Source: Octopus sinensis
Lineage: Eukaryota
Length of the DNA: 64,000 bases
Direction: 5' to 3'
Assembly (NCBI RefSeq): GCF_006345805.1
Contig: NC_042997.1
Location: 62,372,001-62,436,000, forward strand
In this document: positions 12,859-27,000 of the stretch, in pieces
How the letters are laid out: each line of letters begins with the position of its first letter
Numbering within the stretch: position 1 is the stretch's first letter
Translations under genes and position numbers: made by a program
The notes under the pieces: generated by a model
The model's database searches: none
Told to the model about the DNA's origin: nothing
What the model saw: only the letters and a program-made list of their open reading frames with translations

Positions 12859-13060
12859 CTATCTCCGCATAGCCTTCTCAAATTCATCGTAATCAATTTT
12901 CCCATCCCTACCAGAAACTGCATCAAACATCACTTTAAGGTCCTCATCAGTGTACTTCATACCATTTTGTTTCAATACCTGTTCCACCTCACATTTGGTG
13001 AGGAAGCCAGATTTGTCTTTATCCATCTCCTCAAAAGCTCTTCGCAACGCCTTTGGGTCG
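12859..13060 (-). CDS. Calmodulin-like protein, exon 3 (EF-hands 3 and 4, stop)
   Basis: Acceptor cttttctccatctAG; first base C completes AAC with exon 2; DPKALRRAFEEMDKDKSGFLTKCEVEQVLKQNGMKYTDEDLKVMFDAVSGRDGKIDYDEFEKAMRR*. Total CDS 150+86+202=438 nt = 145 aa + stop. Confidence 0.92.
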
Positions 13061-13920
13061 CTAGATGGAGAAAAGGTTTAGAAAAAGTAAGTAACATTAA
13101 TTACTATATAAAACAATGCATTATAAAAAAAAGCAATAAAAAAATAAAGGTTTCTTTTGTATATGTAGTTTATTTTCTGTCTTTGTATGTTAATGACATA
13201 ATTGCTATTACTGAAGATTTAACTAGGCTACTTGTAGCCGAATTATGTGGGTACTATAAAACTAGTTGATAGGACAGCGGTTTGTATCCTGTCATCTACA
13301 CTATGCTGACATCATGGAGAAGACTTTTAACAGTTGACTCTACAAACCCTTAGCTTGAGAAGTTTTGTATTAATGACAGGTGCATTAACTTTCAGTGTAA
13401 ATTTTATTTCTTCTAACTAGAAAACCCCCTTCTATAGAAGAGATAATCCCGATACTTAATAGATTCCATCTAACCAGAGTGTGGAATTTATGTCTCATTT
13501 CGTGGACAAACGAAAGAAGAGCAGTCAACCCATTTATTGGGAATTACATATATGAATAAAAGAAGTTTGATTCAAATATGTTGGTACTCAAATTCAAAAT
13601 ATGATTTAGAGATTTTTAATAAACATGCACTTTATTATAAGAGAGCCCTGCATGAGGCATTATATAATAATAATATTTAATTCTTTAATATTTGTAAATA
13701 TAATTATAATATAAAGGATTATAATATAAGTGATTTTTATAATAATAAACCTAATTTTCTGAATTATGATAAGTTTTCTTTAGGTAACTATGGTCTTAAT
13801 AATAATAGGTATTATGATAACATAAATCATACATTTAATATGGAATAAAAAATAAGATTAAATTTAATTCAATTAATGATGATAATAAATTTAATAATAT
13901 TACAAAGAAGTGTAATAATG

Positions 13921-14011
<91 letters not shown>

Positions 14012-14029
14012 CAACAACAACAACAACAA

Positions 14030-15919
14030 CAACAAGAAAATATGGTGAATTGTTTCTTTTGGGGCTCAGCTAAAAATAAATGTTATTAACGAGATTTTAA
14101 ATATAATTGAAATGCTCATTAGGGATAATAAAAAATATAACATTTTTTCTAGTAATAATTTTGGAGTTGGTTATTCTACTACTAATAATGTTAATAATAT
14201 TATTACAAAAAGAAATTAAATAATTATTCCAATAATAATAATAAAGACCATGATATAATTTATTGTACATGTAGAGATAAGACTACATTTAAAATTAGTA
14301 ATAAGTGTAATTTGGATAATGTTGTTTATAAATGTATAGTAACTTTAATTGATGATAATAATACGAATGATTATAATTTAAACGCGATCTACATAGGGTC
14401 GACTTCGAATAAAATTAAATTAAGGGTGGCTCAACACATGTATTCTTTTAGAAATCTGTATTCTTTTAGAAATCTAATTCTATAGGCCTCACTAAATATA
14501 TTTGGGAACTTAAATCTAAATGTATTAAATATAATTTAACTTGGGAGATCATTTGTAAGGCAAAATCTTATTGTATAGGTAGTAATTCTTGTTTATTGTG
14601 TATTAATGAATTTAAGGAAATATTATTTAATAATAATTATATATTGGTTAATTCCCGAGATTAGCGTAAAATTAAATGCAAACATAAATTAAATTACTTA
14701 TATAATAAGTTTAGCTAATTTTTCCATATATATAAAACCCCATTTTATGTTACTAATTTACTGTAGATATAATTTAAAGTAGTATTAGTGTATAAATTAG
14801 CATGATATATGTTATATTACATTATTTGAATACGCTTAAACTTGGATGTTTCTTAATAATTAAATGAATATATAAATTAATGAATATCTATTAATTATAG
14901 TAATATAAATTAATTTAACTATATTATGTATATTTTACTTATTTCCAGTAAATAGTAATTTATAGTTTAGTTTTTTGTTCTCTTATTCTCTGATTCTAGA
15001 AGCTTAAATATCTTTCGTCATTTTCATTAATATAATACATACTTCTATACATTTATTCTATTTTTTACGCAACGTCTTCAAATTTCTTATAAACGCTAAG
15101 GTCTACGTTTTTACGTTTAAAATCAGATAAAAAATTTTCATAGATAAGTAATGAATTTTTTTTATAACAATATTATTGAATTTTGAATTGAATTTTGTTT
15201 GATTATTATTGTAAAAATATTGATTTCTATATTGTTTTTCTATATTATTTCTATGATTTCTATATTATTTGATAATTATAAGTTACGATACGTATATTTA
15301 TTTACTTAGTATTTTTATTATTGTTATTATCTTGTGAATTAACGTATTACATATAATTTACACCGGGAAATAGTTTTGTAAGTCAAAATCTTATCGAATA
15401 GGTAAGAATTTTTATTTGTTATGTAATATTATATTTAAGTAAATACTTTTAATAATAATTGAAGCTTTGGTAATTCTATAAATGAGTGTAATATATAAAT
15501 TGTAATATATATAAATTGAATTAATTATATAGCAAGTTTAACTAATTTGTGTGTATATATTTGAACCATGTTTCTATTTTTAATTCTTGTACTCATAGTT
15601 TGTAGTAGTATTGTGTATATAAGTTAGCATGAAGTTTTTTAGTATATATTACTTAATTAGAATAAGACTTAACTTAGATGTTTATTAAATAAATAAATTA
15701 ATAATTTAATGTATATAGATTAAATTATAGTAGTTTAGCCGAATAACTGAAGAGATGGCGGCGTGGATTTCCACCTCGGAGTTTTATCATGGCTACCAAA
15801 TAATTGTCACGTATTACTCTTACAGATAAATTCCTCTATTTATATAATATCGAAGTATCTTTCTTTCTTTTGTCATCTTACCGTTTTTATCACTATATAT
15901 ATGTATGTATGCATGTATG

Positions 15920-15954
<35 letters not shown>

Positions 15955-16400
15955 TTAAATATTTTGTTTTGATTACTTGTATTTTAATTTTCCAATAATG
16001 ATATACTATAGTTTGTTATGTTTTCTTCTATAAGCTGAAATATATTTTCATAGATGAAATAAATATTTATTCTAGTTTTATTTACACCACGTTTTTAACG
16101 AGATAAATTTATTATAAACAATAAGTCCTACGTATTAAGTTTAAAGATTTAGTTAACAGAATATTTTTGATAAGATATTTGGTATTTTTATTTTAAGATA
16201 TATTGTTGAATTTTGTTCGATTTTGTATTGAAAAATTACGTATTTTTATATATATTTATATTTTCTTATTTCCATCTGGGACCTGATGAATGATTATTTA
16301 ACTTGAATTGATTTTACTGTTATCAGTTTTAAAATATAGCCCTGAAACACGTGTAGTCTGTTTACTAATTATATACTATTCATTTATTATTTCGTACTTT
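14030..16400 (+). mobile_element. Decayed AT-rich Penelope-like element in intron 2 (antisense to host), 3' part tandemly duplicated
   Basis: GIY-YIG-type AIYIGSTSNKIKLRVAQHMYSFRN...GLTKYIWELKSKCIKYNLTWEIICKAKSYCIGSNSCLLC; 14550-15330 recurs degenerately at about 15365-16250. Confidence 0.75.
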
Positions 16401-16556
16401 ATTTAGTTCTAGGCAAATGTTTTATCGTATCTTTAATTTTTTTCTATATGGCATGATTTAATTATGTCATTGTTGAATTGCTACATGGTGGATCTTCTCT
16501 AATTTATACACATACATACATACATACATACATACAAATAATCATATACATACATG

Positions 16557-16606
<50 letters not shown>

Positions 16607-16634
16607 ATATTATATATATATATATATATATATC

Positions 16635-16688
<54 letters not shown>

Positions 16689-16788
16689 GAGCATCGTATC
16701 TCCAGTCTTCGCTTTTCTATAACATTTAGAAAGATATTACGAAGTAAGATAGGGATATGAAAAAGTAAACTGAGGTGTATAAACTTAC

Positions 16789-16874
16789 TTAAGACTAGGT
16801 TTGCTCATCGCTTCAACGAACTCACACTTGCTTATTTTGCCATCACTGTCCACATCCATGTCTTGCAATACGCT
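16789..16874 (-). CDS. Calmodulin-like protein, exon 2 (EF-hand 2)
   Basis: Acceptor ttattcttacAG, 86-nt exon SVLQDMDVDSDGKISKCEFVEAMSKPSL+AA, donor GTAAGT at 16788 (phase 2); canonical loop DVDSDGKISKCE. Confidence 0.9.
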
Positions 16875-19620
16875 CTGTAAGAATAAAATGGTATTAGTAG
16901 CAGTTTTAGTAACAGTTATATGAATTTCAATATTAGTTACGATGGAGGCTAATACAAATTACAAAATCACTTGTTTCTCGTGCACTCAATCAATATATCC
17001 TACGTACATCGACCACTATCGATACATCCTGAGTACGTCGACATGATTTTAAGTTGGTGAATTCGGAATGTAGTGAGAAGCTTTCAGGTTATTTGTTTGA
17101 ACCTTCTTTTAATTTATTATACACAAGCTGCTGTAGTGATTTTTAAATGGGATGATGACTTTATGTTTAATAATATTGTTTACGACATGAACTTTTGAAC
17201 ATTGATCTGTATTGCACTTTCTACTTTTCATTTCTATACCTTGTTATCAGTTTCGTCTGCTCCTGTGTGGGTCTGTTATGATTTTTGTTTATGCCTCAAA
17301 CTAATGTAATAAAATGGACTATCAATTTTCTACAACGGCGTTGACTTTTATTTCATCTTATTTTTGTATGTCTGTTGTGTAGATGTACAGTGTTAGAGAG
17401 TTCGGTCTAACGACCCTTGAATTTTAAGGTGGATAAAAGTGTGAACCCTAATGACCATATTCATGTAAAGAGCAGTGTCTTCAGATATTGTCAGGGTTGA
17501 AACGTGTAATGATGGAGCAATGCTAATAAAATCTATAACTGATGAAATATGGTGTGTGTTCGTCATCGGAAATTGACAGTAAAGAAAGAAATAACTTCAT
17601 ATTTTGCTTTGTTTGGAATCATCCAGATGAGTGAGATGGTTTATAGCTAACCCATAGCATTTTGTAACCATTGATGATTTATTTGAGTCCACAAATTTAT
17701 TAGTGGAGTTAAGCTATAAAATGTCTCTGGTAGTAAATAGCTTAGCACTAAGAAATTAATAAATAAAATATACAGGTTTTTGAGGCCAACAAATTAACGG
17801 AAAGAGAAATACATCACTTCTTTCATTCTTCGTTTAGTTACCAAATACTTTTTAAAATCCCACTGATTTTTGGAACACTGTCATATGTTGGAAGATCTAT
17901 TATTAACTCAACCATGACAGGGCACTATAAGGAGCTTAGAAATAATGAAACAACGTGACTTCAATCCCATTTAAAGTTCTTCCATGATTCCAACTACGAA
18001 ATACGTCATCTTGTGTTATCTATCTTCAGTTAAGTAGTGCCTTGGCTCTAGAAACTGCGTAACACTGGTAACAGGAGACAAATCATCACAAATTGGGCTA
18101 CACACTTTCCTCTATTGATTATATTGCTATTTTAATGCAGAATATTGATTCCTTTTTACTTGACAAAAGAAAGTCACACTTTAGTGAAAGAGAATAGTAA
18201 TTTCCTAAAAGAATTATCTATCTCAGTAAAAATCGCTTGAAACTGAAGTGCTACACTACCATTCCTAAAACCTAACGTCTCATTGTCGGTTGCTCTCTAC
18301 AAATAGGAACACATAGTCGTTACTGAACTCTATAGCGAATGTTAATTTTCTAAGAGAGACATTTAACAAGTTCTGTCCTTGATCTTATGCTAACGAAAAC
18401 TAAGATCACCAAACAAATTCAATGTGAATATTCAATTTATAACAGAACCTGACATTTGAAAAGTATTTTGATGTGGGTGGTAGAACTATATTTATCATGA
18501 AGGTATTCCACAGAAATATGTTATTAGCATATCGACATATATGGTACATTTGGAACCGTGATGAGTGTCATAATGTTACTCTTTTTCAACAAAACCACTA
18601 CAAATACTGAAATATATATATAGAAAATGTTGTGACATTAGAAATGTCAGGATGTATCATTGTAAATATGCTTTCATATTTTAGTTCTGCTCAAACTGAA
18701 ACTGAACTAATGATGAAAAATCAAAGCACTCACAAGGATTGTATTTTTTTGATAATTAGTATTCTTTTATACGAAAATGGTAAAGTGAATGAAGAATAAA
18801 ATGCTAGAATAAAATCTTTGTGGTATTTAGTTTAGAAAATAATTCACTTCCCAGTGCAATTAACTTAACCTTTAGTCTCGAATTGGCACTACTGATCAAC
18901 TTTTATCGAGATCTGTCTTACCTGTTGTTTCCTTGTCAAATACTAATAACTCATCCTCTATCTGTTAAATGTCTTCGCTATAGACGCTAAGAAGGGCAGA
19001 AAGTGAGATCCAAATCATAGTCCCAGCAATGACTACAAAGTCTATGAACTAATCATAATTCACCCCTACATGGATGATTCTAAATAAAGTACAAATAATG
19101 AATACATCACACTTTTAAAATATTGATGTCTTTATCGACACAAGGCCAGAAAGACGGATGGATATAATCACTCATATTGACATTAATAATTCATAGGCGC
19201 AATTTCATGCTAAGTACAATTTCATGCTAAGCAGATCGCAAAGTGATTCGCAATTTACACGTAGAGAGGTGTGATTCTCGCTGCCCCAGCGATTATGCTA
19301 AAGATATACAATGAAAGAAAGACTGTTAAAAGGTTCTGCTAAGGGCTGCATGCAGAAGAAGGGACTTAAAAAGTAATATAAAATTTTACTTGAACAGAAA
19401 TATTAAATAAGAATTCACAACTTGATGGTTTAGTCGGTTTCACTATTTGAATTCACAAATATATTATTACACTTATTTTCAAAATAGTAAAAATGAATGT
19501 ATGTATGTATGCATTCCCTGGTTCTTACAAATTCGAAGAAGACATAGCACAATACGTTAAACAGAGTATATACATGCATACACACACACACATATATATA
19601 TATATATGTATAAATCTTAC

Positions 19621-19770
19621 CTTGAAAGTTTGGCGAGATACATTTATACCTTTGTCATATAGACTGTCGCAAAGCTCATCAAGGCTTAAATAGTTACCGC
19701 CTTTTTTATCGATGCTTTCAAAATGTTTCTCCCAAAATTTTGGATTGTTTCTGTCCCTATTAGCTGACAT
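19621..19770 (-). CDS. Calmodulin-like four-EF-hand protein, exon 1 (proximal variant; EF-hand 1)
   Basis: ATG-initiated MSANRDRNNPKFWEKHFESIDKKGGNYLSLDELCDSLYDKGINVSRQTFK (150 nt), then phase-0 donor AAG|GTAAGA at 19620; TATAAAAG about 110 nt upstream. Confidence 0.88.
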
Positions 19771-19877
19771 GTTTCTTGGTTTTGTATCTAAATCTAACTC
19801 TTGTTAGTGCTGTTATGAGATTAGTCTGTGCGTTTACGTAATAAAAGCTTTTAATACTTCAAAACTCGGGTATACTA

Positions 19878-19885
19878 CTTTTATA
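19878..19885 (-). promoter_or_regulatory. TATA box of proximal exon 1
   Basis: TATAAAAG about 108 nt upstream of the ATG at 19770. Confidence 0.6.
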
Positions 19886-19924
<39 letters not shown>

Positions 19925-21332
19925 CATATGTGTGTTATATGTACAATTAACTGTTGGTCTGCTTACTCACCTCTGTTAATTAGCATTTACAATATCATTT
20001 ATGCTATTTTCAGGTTTTCAGAATGTGGATTTGTTTTAAAACTCTCAATCAATTTAAATCTGTCGGTCACGGTCATTTTATATTACAAACGTGGTGTATC
20101 ATTAAAATTATCATTCTTACTTAATTATATTGCTATTTTCTCCCCTTTACGACATTTTTCTCTTCTTTTTTTTTGTCGTTTCGTCTGTTGACATTAGCCC
20201 TGATGACTACTTTGGCTTTCAAACACATGTAATTCTTTTAACACATACGAGTGCGCAAGCAACTATAATGAGTATCTACGTTAATTAACACGTGTAATAG
20301 GGTAGCAAATTGGTCGCTAAACGAAAATAGATGGCGCAGGTTAAGTAGACTAGTTAGTTGTCAATCATTGACTAGAGAGATACATTCCAACAAATTAAGC
20401 AAAGTATTTAAATCAAATCTTTGTAGATGGGAATGAAACTTCTCTATTCCAGAGAAGTTTTATAGCGTTATAGAACAATACAAAAATTTCAATGTATTTC
20501 AGCAAAAATGTCATGAACCTAACTACCCTTGAACAACAGTTGGAACATTCACAATCCGTATGAATGTTACCAATGCAGTCGTTGATTAGCTTTGACGGTA
20601 AACCATGTGTATTTCTTTTTATAAGACAATACTGCATCACAGATAATATATTTCCGTTATGAAAGTGGAACGTGATTTAATTTTATACAGAACCCAAATA
20701 TCTTTTATCGCAGATTGTACATGTACACTCAGGACAATACCCAAAGAAAAGGCTATCCATTTGATAGGTGAGCTTTTTTAAGCAACATACTTGATGATAA
20801 ATGAATTTTGCTTTTCTTACTGTTAATTGTAAGGTCTAAACTCCATTAGATAAATTGAGTGAATAGTACTGCGATAAACTACGCGTAGCTCTCCTCAGTG
20901 CAGTATTTCTTCTCTTCATGGCATTCCTACAGTGTCTAAAGTCATCCCAGATTGCATACTTAACTTTACATTCAGCCTTTACTCTCCGGAACTGAATTCG
21001 TTTTCGTCGTCCCTATTACCTGTTTTAACTCACGTTACTAACTCTTGCAAGTTAGTGGTTGGAAAGAAACTTAGACGACTGATCGTAGTTAACTATATTA
21101 CGTACTATCCGCTAAGTCTCGAAGAGCCCGTAGCTGTTGTTGTTGTTATCGTTGTTAACTCCGGCTAACTCCAATGGAGTAAACCCATGAACAAAGCGTT
21201 TCCAGCTATGGCATTGTCATCTCTGACATAGTATACATAGGACCACATTGTGTCCGGTTTGCATGATTTGAAGATTTGGTTGCTATTCCTTGCTGGACGA
21301 CTCAACATATCGAAGCTGCTGTTGTTGGTTCC

Positions 21333-21380
<48 letters not shown>

Positions 21381-21384
<4 letters not shown>

Positions 21385-21473
21385 GCGTCCTACATGAATT
21401 CAGGTTTCAAAATTATAATAGAAATATTTAAATCTAATATAATTTCTTTCATTTATTAACCAGAGAAAAGCTG

Positions 21474-21570
<97 letters not shown>

Positions 21571-21656
21571 GCGTCCTACATGAATTCAGTTTCAAAATTA
21601 TATAGAAATATTAAATCTAATATAATTTCTTTCATTTATTAACCAGAGAAAAGCTG

Positions 21657-21717
<61 letters not shown>

Positions 21718-21801
21718 TCTCTGGTTAATAAATGAAAGAAATTATATTAGATTAAATATTTCTATTATAATTTTGAAACCTGAATTCATGTAGGACGCAT
21801 T
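21381..21801. repeat. Three copies of a ~95-bp unit (direct, direct, inverted) separated by (TA)n
   Basis: TAATGCGTCCTACATGAATTCAG...AACCAGAGAAAAG at 21381 and 21568, and inverted at 21712-21801. Confidence 0.9.
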
Positions 21802-23091
21802 AACTAAATTCATGTGTCGTCTTCAGTTTACTTCTCTTCAGTTATATATGTAATGTCTTTCTCAAAGCCTACTCTTCATCGATGAACTGAGGCAATTAGA
21901 AATACCTGCATTCTATCTGGACTCTTGTAGCATAAATTAGCAGTGCTATATTCTGTTTACTTGGACAGAACTAAATACTAACAATACTTTACATTAGGGT
22001 TCAGTAAAATATAGTGCCAGTCATCTACAGAGTTCGATTTATATTTCCATAATAATATATCCTAGATGTGAATGAAATATTAATAATCATAAAAGTGAAT
22101 GCTACATAATTTAAGAATTTTTAATTTATTTCAATGTTTGAATCAGAGAAATGAATGTTAGAAACTGAAGAGTACCACACAAACTTTTTAAAGGATTTAG
22201 TTACGTCCCTTTACTGTTTCAGTACTTTCTGTGTCCACCAGTGAAGGTGCATAGCCTAAGAGTTAAGAGTGTTCATATCATGTCATAAAGTCGTGGATTC
22301 AGTTTCTGGACTATGTAGTAGGTTATGACCTTAAACAATGCACATTATTTCATGTTGCCCCAGTCCCTTCAGCCTACATCTTGTGGTCGAGGGAAATCGA
22401 GTGATAGATGGGTGGCTGGGCTGTACTACTAAAATGCATTCTTCCAAAAGGGGTGGAGTACAAAATCAACAGTTATGAAATTTGAATACTGATTATAAAG
22501 CAACGAAACTATGTTTCAAATTTCAAATTAATTATAATGGAAGGTAAACAAATTTTATTGTAAATGTCCTGTTTTTTGTTCAACAATGTGATCAAAGTCT
22601 GCATTAAAAAAACTGGAAAAAGAAAGGAAGATAATCTAATATTATGCAGTGCCAAAAAAATTTAGTTTAGAAATACTTCGTTAATTTAAATATATCTCAC
22701 AGAATATACCTCAAAGTAGATTCTACTGAATTTTCTTCATTTTAATGCCGTTTTGCTAGGCTGTTCCATACAGCACATAAACTGCTGTCCTATTTGATGA
22801 TATTACATAAAATGATTTCAGATTTGCCTTAGTAGCAATGGTGCTACAGGAAGATCGTTGTTTCGATTCTGAGACCGGCAGCGCCTTATGTTCTTGATCA
22901 AAACACATCATTTCGCATTGTGTCAGTCCATTCAGCTGACATGGGCAACCCTGCGACGGACTGGCGTTCCGTTCAGGAGGAGTGTTTGTCTGCTTGCCTG
23001 CCGGCCTGCCAAGACAGCTGGGTGACATCATTCCGAGTAAGCATATTATGACCAGTGACGTGTAACAACATCCGATAGAATGATCGATTTA

Positions 23092-23125
<34 letters not shown>

Positions 23126-23424
23126 AGGGGTGACCACTAAGTAGACATCCATTATGCTAGAAGGCGACCCCCTATTGTCTTACCACTAAGAAAGTAATGT
23201 TCTCAGGAAAATTTAGCAAACGCCAGAACGTAAGCGAGCAAGATACAAAATATACAGATTAATCACAAACCAGTTTCGTTGTTACCATTTACGTAATCAC
23301 TTATATGCATGTAATATAATATTATATAATGTAATGTAATTTTTCTGAATCTTCAGATTTTTCTATACGCTAGACCACTGGTTTTAAGTTGATATTAATC
23401 AAATTAGTATTCAATTTTTCACCC

Positions 23425-23830
23425 TTGTGGTAAGTAGCTTGCAAACCAACCACATGGTTCCGGGTTCAGTCCCACTGCTGCGTGGCATCTTGGGCAAGTG
23501 TCTTCTGCTATAGCCCCGGGCCGACCAATGCCTTGTGAGTGGATTTGGTAGCCGGAAACTGAAAGAAGCCTGTCGTATATATATATATATATTATATATA
23601 TGGTGTGTGTGTGTGTGGTTGTGTTTGGGGGTCTGTGTTTGTCCCCCTAGCATTGCTTGACAACCGATGCTGGTGTGTTTTCGTCCCCGTCACTTAGCGG
23701 TTCGGCAAAATAGACCGATAGAATAAGTACTGGGCTTACAAAGAATAAGTCCCGGGGTCGATTTGCTCGACTAAAGGCGGTGCTCCAGCATGGCCGCAGT
23801 CAAATGACTGAAACAAGTAAAAGAAGTAAA
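23425..23830 (+). mobile_element. tRNA-derived SINE family A (internal microsatellite)
   Basis: GTGGTAAGTAGCTTGC..GGTTCCGGGTTCAGTCCCACTGC..GGAAACTGAAAGAAGCC..CCAGCATGGCCGCAGTC; further copies at about 43525-43700, 46915-47350, 47385-47790 (+) and 28440-28640, 45210-45370, 53745-53990, 54355-54520 (-). Confidence 0.8.
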
Positions 23831-23855
23831 GAGATATATATAATAATATATATAG

Positions 23856-23911
<56 letters not shown>

Positions 23912-23953
23912 GTATGTATGGTATGTATGTATGTATGTATGTATACACATATA

Positions 23954-24479
23954 CAGGATGCGGTGAATGAAAAATTGCCGTCTAAATTACGCAAAAGTGA
24001 AAATAACACTGACATCTCATTTTAACAAATATATTTACCAAAGTTACATAAAAATATCTTGAAATACTAAAGAGTGAGTTTATTCAATAAAATCGACATT
24101 AGCTTCAAACACAAGTTCCAGACGACTTCGAAATCCCCTGCAACTCTTCTACACTGTCTCCTTGCTTCAGTTGGGGAATGCTGCCATAATCCTTGCCTTC
24201 AGTTTGGTGTTTCAAGGAGTTTTGTTGCTCTCTCAACTGCGCCCCACATATAATAATCAAGGAGGTTGCAGTCTGGGGAGCTAGGTGGCCAGATATTAGA
24301 GGTATTGTGACCGCAGAAATTGTCTCACTGCCATGACTAGGTTCTGTTTGTGCGTCATGGTACTGTTTTTCTCACAGACGGTGCCCAACTGAGCCTACGA
24401 TACTGTGTAGGCGACAAAATCAAAGATAAATAATGAAATTAAAATATAAACTAGCGACAATGTAATTCATCGCACCCTG
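23954..24479 (-). mobile_element. Tc1/mariner internal-deletion derivative
   Basis: TIR-like CAGGATGCGGTGAAT / ATTCATCGCACCCTG; transposase C-terminus IWPPSSPDCNLLDYYMWGAVE. Confidence 0.8.
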
Positions 24480-24491
24480 TGTGTATATATA

Positions 24492-24566
<75 letters not shown>

Positions 24567-24879
24567 CATATATATATGATATAACGCAAAAGACTGAAGA
24601 TACCTTATGAGCACTCTAACAAAATCCTGACCATATCGAATCTTAGGTAACATTTAGAATCCTTTAGAATAAGCAATATCGATTGTTATATCCCAATTTC
24701 GCTTGAATAAATTTCATGTTTAATACAGAATATATTATCAAGACATAATAATGAAGAATGGAGAGTTACACATCTTTAAAAGTTATTTAATAAAAATTGT
24801 TTTCCTCGTATTACATTCCAACACATGCTTCTGCTGAATAAGTGTCTTGATATAATGGTTTTGTGTATTTAACCGATTT

Positions 24880-25099
24880 ACAACGAGATGCTGAAAAGTT
24901 CCTGGTTTTGAGTAAAAGAAGATACAGGAGGATCAGTTAATTATGATTTTATTCAACATATTCCCCTCTCAGATTCACACACTTATTGCAGTAGTCCTTC
25001 AGTTTTTCTAAGCCCTGTAAAAGAACTCGGAAGGTTGGGCCTTCAACTAGGCCTTTCGTGATAACATTAAAGCCAGGTACTTTTCAGCATTCCCTTGTA
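24880..25099. mobile_element. Mariner-derived MITE related to the element at 57845
   Basis: TIRs GCTGAAAAGTTCCTGG / CCAGGTACTTTTCAGC; body matches 57850-58010. Confidence 0.8.
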
Positions 25100-26308
25100 C
25101 ACTCGAACACGTGTTTCTGCTTAATAAGTGTCTTAGGGTCCTTCGGGTACCTTATGGAAGGGTCGTTAAACAAATATTCCGATAATGCTTTCGATATTAG
25201 CAAACATTAAAATTCAGTATCGAAATTTAAGAACGAAAGTTTAATTTATTTCTACAGTGGCCTGAAATGAATCAATAAATTATGGTTATAAAACAAAATA
25301 TATGATTCTTTTACTTAGAAATAAGTGTAAGAGATTTAAACAGTAAAACTTTTCACTTTTCTAAATAGTCGGAGGAATAGAGGAGGCTAACAGAAACATA
25401 GGCTTCCTCTATATAGTTTATGAATAATCGACTATAAGAAATGGTGGAGTGAACTGGTTGATATGACGTTTTCTCAGAAACCACAATTCAAACTAAAAAA
25501 AGAATTAACGCCAAGCCATACATAGTACGTACCGAATTTTACGTCATTGCAACGAGTACTTTCATTGCAACAAGTGACACTTATAGCTTATTACCGACTT
25601 TATAAGGACCAAGCAATGACTTGTACACAGGCAGCCATTTTGGGTGGATAAAGTAAATTCAAGTCAGAATCCAGCAGTGTAAGCATCTGTCTGTTCATAC
25701 ACTTACTATTATAACATCACTGAAAGCAACCCATTTTAACCTTTTTTCCTCTCATTTCTTTTAATAACAAGACACCTTTAGACTTATTGAGAAAAAGTGC
25801 TGTATCCCTTTCCATTATACTACAAGCGTAGATAATATTTTCTACAATACACGAGCCTACTTTATGTACGCGCGCGCGCGCGCGTGTGTGTGTGTGTGTA
25901 ATTTATTTCCGGCCATTTTTAAGGTAGCTTCAAACAGATTAATACGCATTTGTTTCCTTTCTTATGTTCTTCTTCAGAAAGTTGAAGATCGAAATGTCGA
26001 AGATACTTCTACTTCCTTTTCTCTCATCGAGCATCAAACTAGTTGTTACCGTATTTGATGGTATAAAAGATGCACACCCAGTTTCAACAACTCATAGTCA
26101 AGAAAAAATACCTCTTGGACAAAATTAGCCGATAGAGACCCAACTGTGCATATAGGATCAAGGGTAGTTTTTTGAGAGATTCCTTTTGAAAAAAAGTGCA
26201 TCAGATGCTGCACATTTTGCTGGCATTTTCTTTTACAGCGGACGTTTTGCATCTACATACCACCATATATATATATATAATATATATATATATATATTAT
26301 ATATATAT

Positions 26309-26357
<49 letters not shown>

Positions 26358-26429
26358 GCATACATATTGAGTTTAATATAAGTTCATCTTGAGAGAGTTC
26401 AAGCCTAAATGGCATATATTTAAAGAACA

Positions 26430-27000
26430 TTAGGCGATAAAATATTTTTCTGAGAAAGTAAACAAAAAAGCACTGTGCATAATATGCAGTGATACCATTG
26501 AGTTACTAAATGAATATATGCAGACATTAGCAAACGAAATATTTATCTCGCAAATTTTGACAAACAGAAAAGCTGCGGCATGGGAAATATGAAATTTAGA
26601 AACTTAATATTTTATCACAACAATGCAAATGAAGCGTATTTGTATTTATTTCATCTTTTTTTTTTTTTTACATTAGAAAACAAAAGCATTTGCTGACGGT
26701 GATGTAATTAAATCTTGTATGATAGCAGAAGTTGAAGATATATGTACAGAAAAATTAAACTTATACTGACTGCTTTAACTAGAAGGAACGAAAAGATACG
26801 AGATACTCTCATGTATCAATTAAATAAGTACAAAGTTTCCGGTGGTTTAATTTTGCTCTTGATGAATCAACAAATGTATGTGAAGGTTTGGTGTTGCTAT
26901 TGTTCATTCAGAGAATTAATGCTAATTATGAAGTAATTAAAAAAAAATACTTCTGTGAGAAGCATGCTTGGAAGAGATTCTGGTCAAAACAGTTTCAAAA
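26430..27000 (+). mobile_element. hAT (Charlie/SPIN, GTF2IRD2-like) transposase remnant
   Basis: KALCIICSDTI, FADGDVIKSCMI, FALDESTNV...LFIQRINANYEV across frameshifts. Confidence 0.7.

Noticed and set aside
13100-16450. Possible mitochondrial insertion (very AT-rich; AAGTCCTACGT resembles a 16S motif)
   Set aside because: No continuous rRNA, tRNA or OXPHOS motifs; the plus strand translates to a Penelope GIY-YIG domain.
16785-16874. Two-exon 79-aa version of the gene ending ...KPSLK* by read-through
   Set aside because: A GTAAGT donor overlaps that stop, and its phase matches the exon 3 acceptor exactly. It cannot be excluded as a minor retained-intron form.
20196-20232. CCCTGATGA...CAAACACATGTA near the proximal promoter
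   Set aside because: No GAAA and no stem II; too degenerate.
20400-21335. Cys-rich CPECTCTIC and KGYPFDR peptides
   Set aside because: Short, interrupted by stops, and no coherent family or splice structure.
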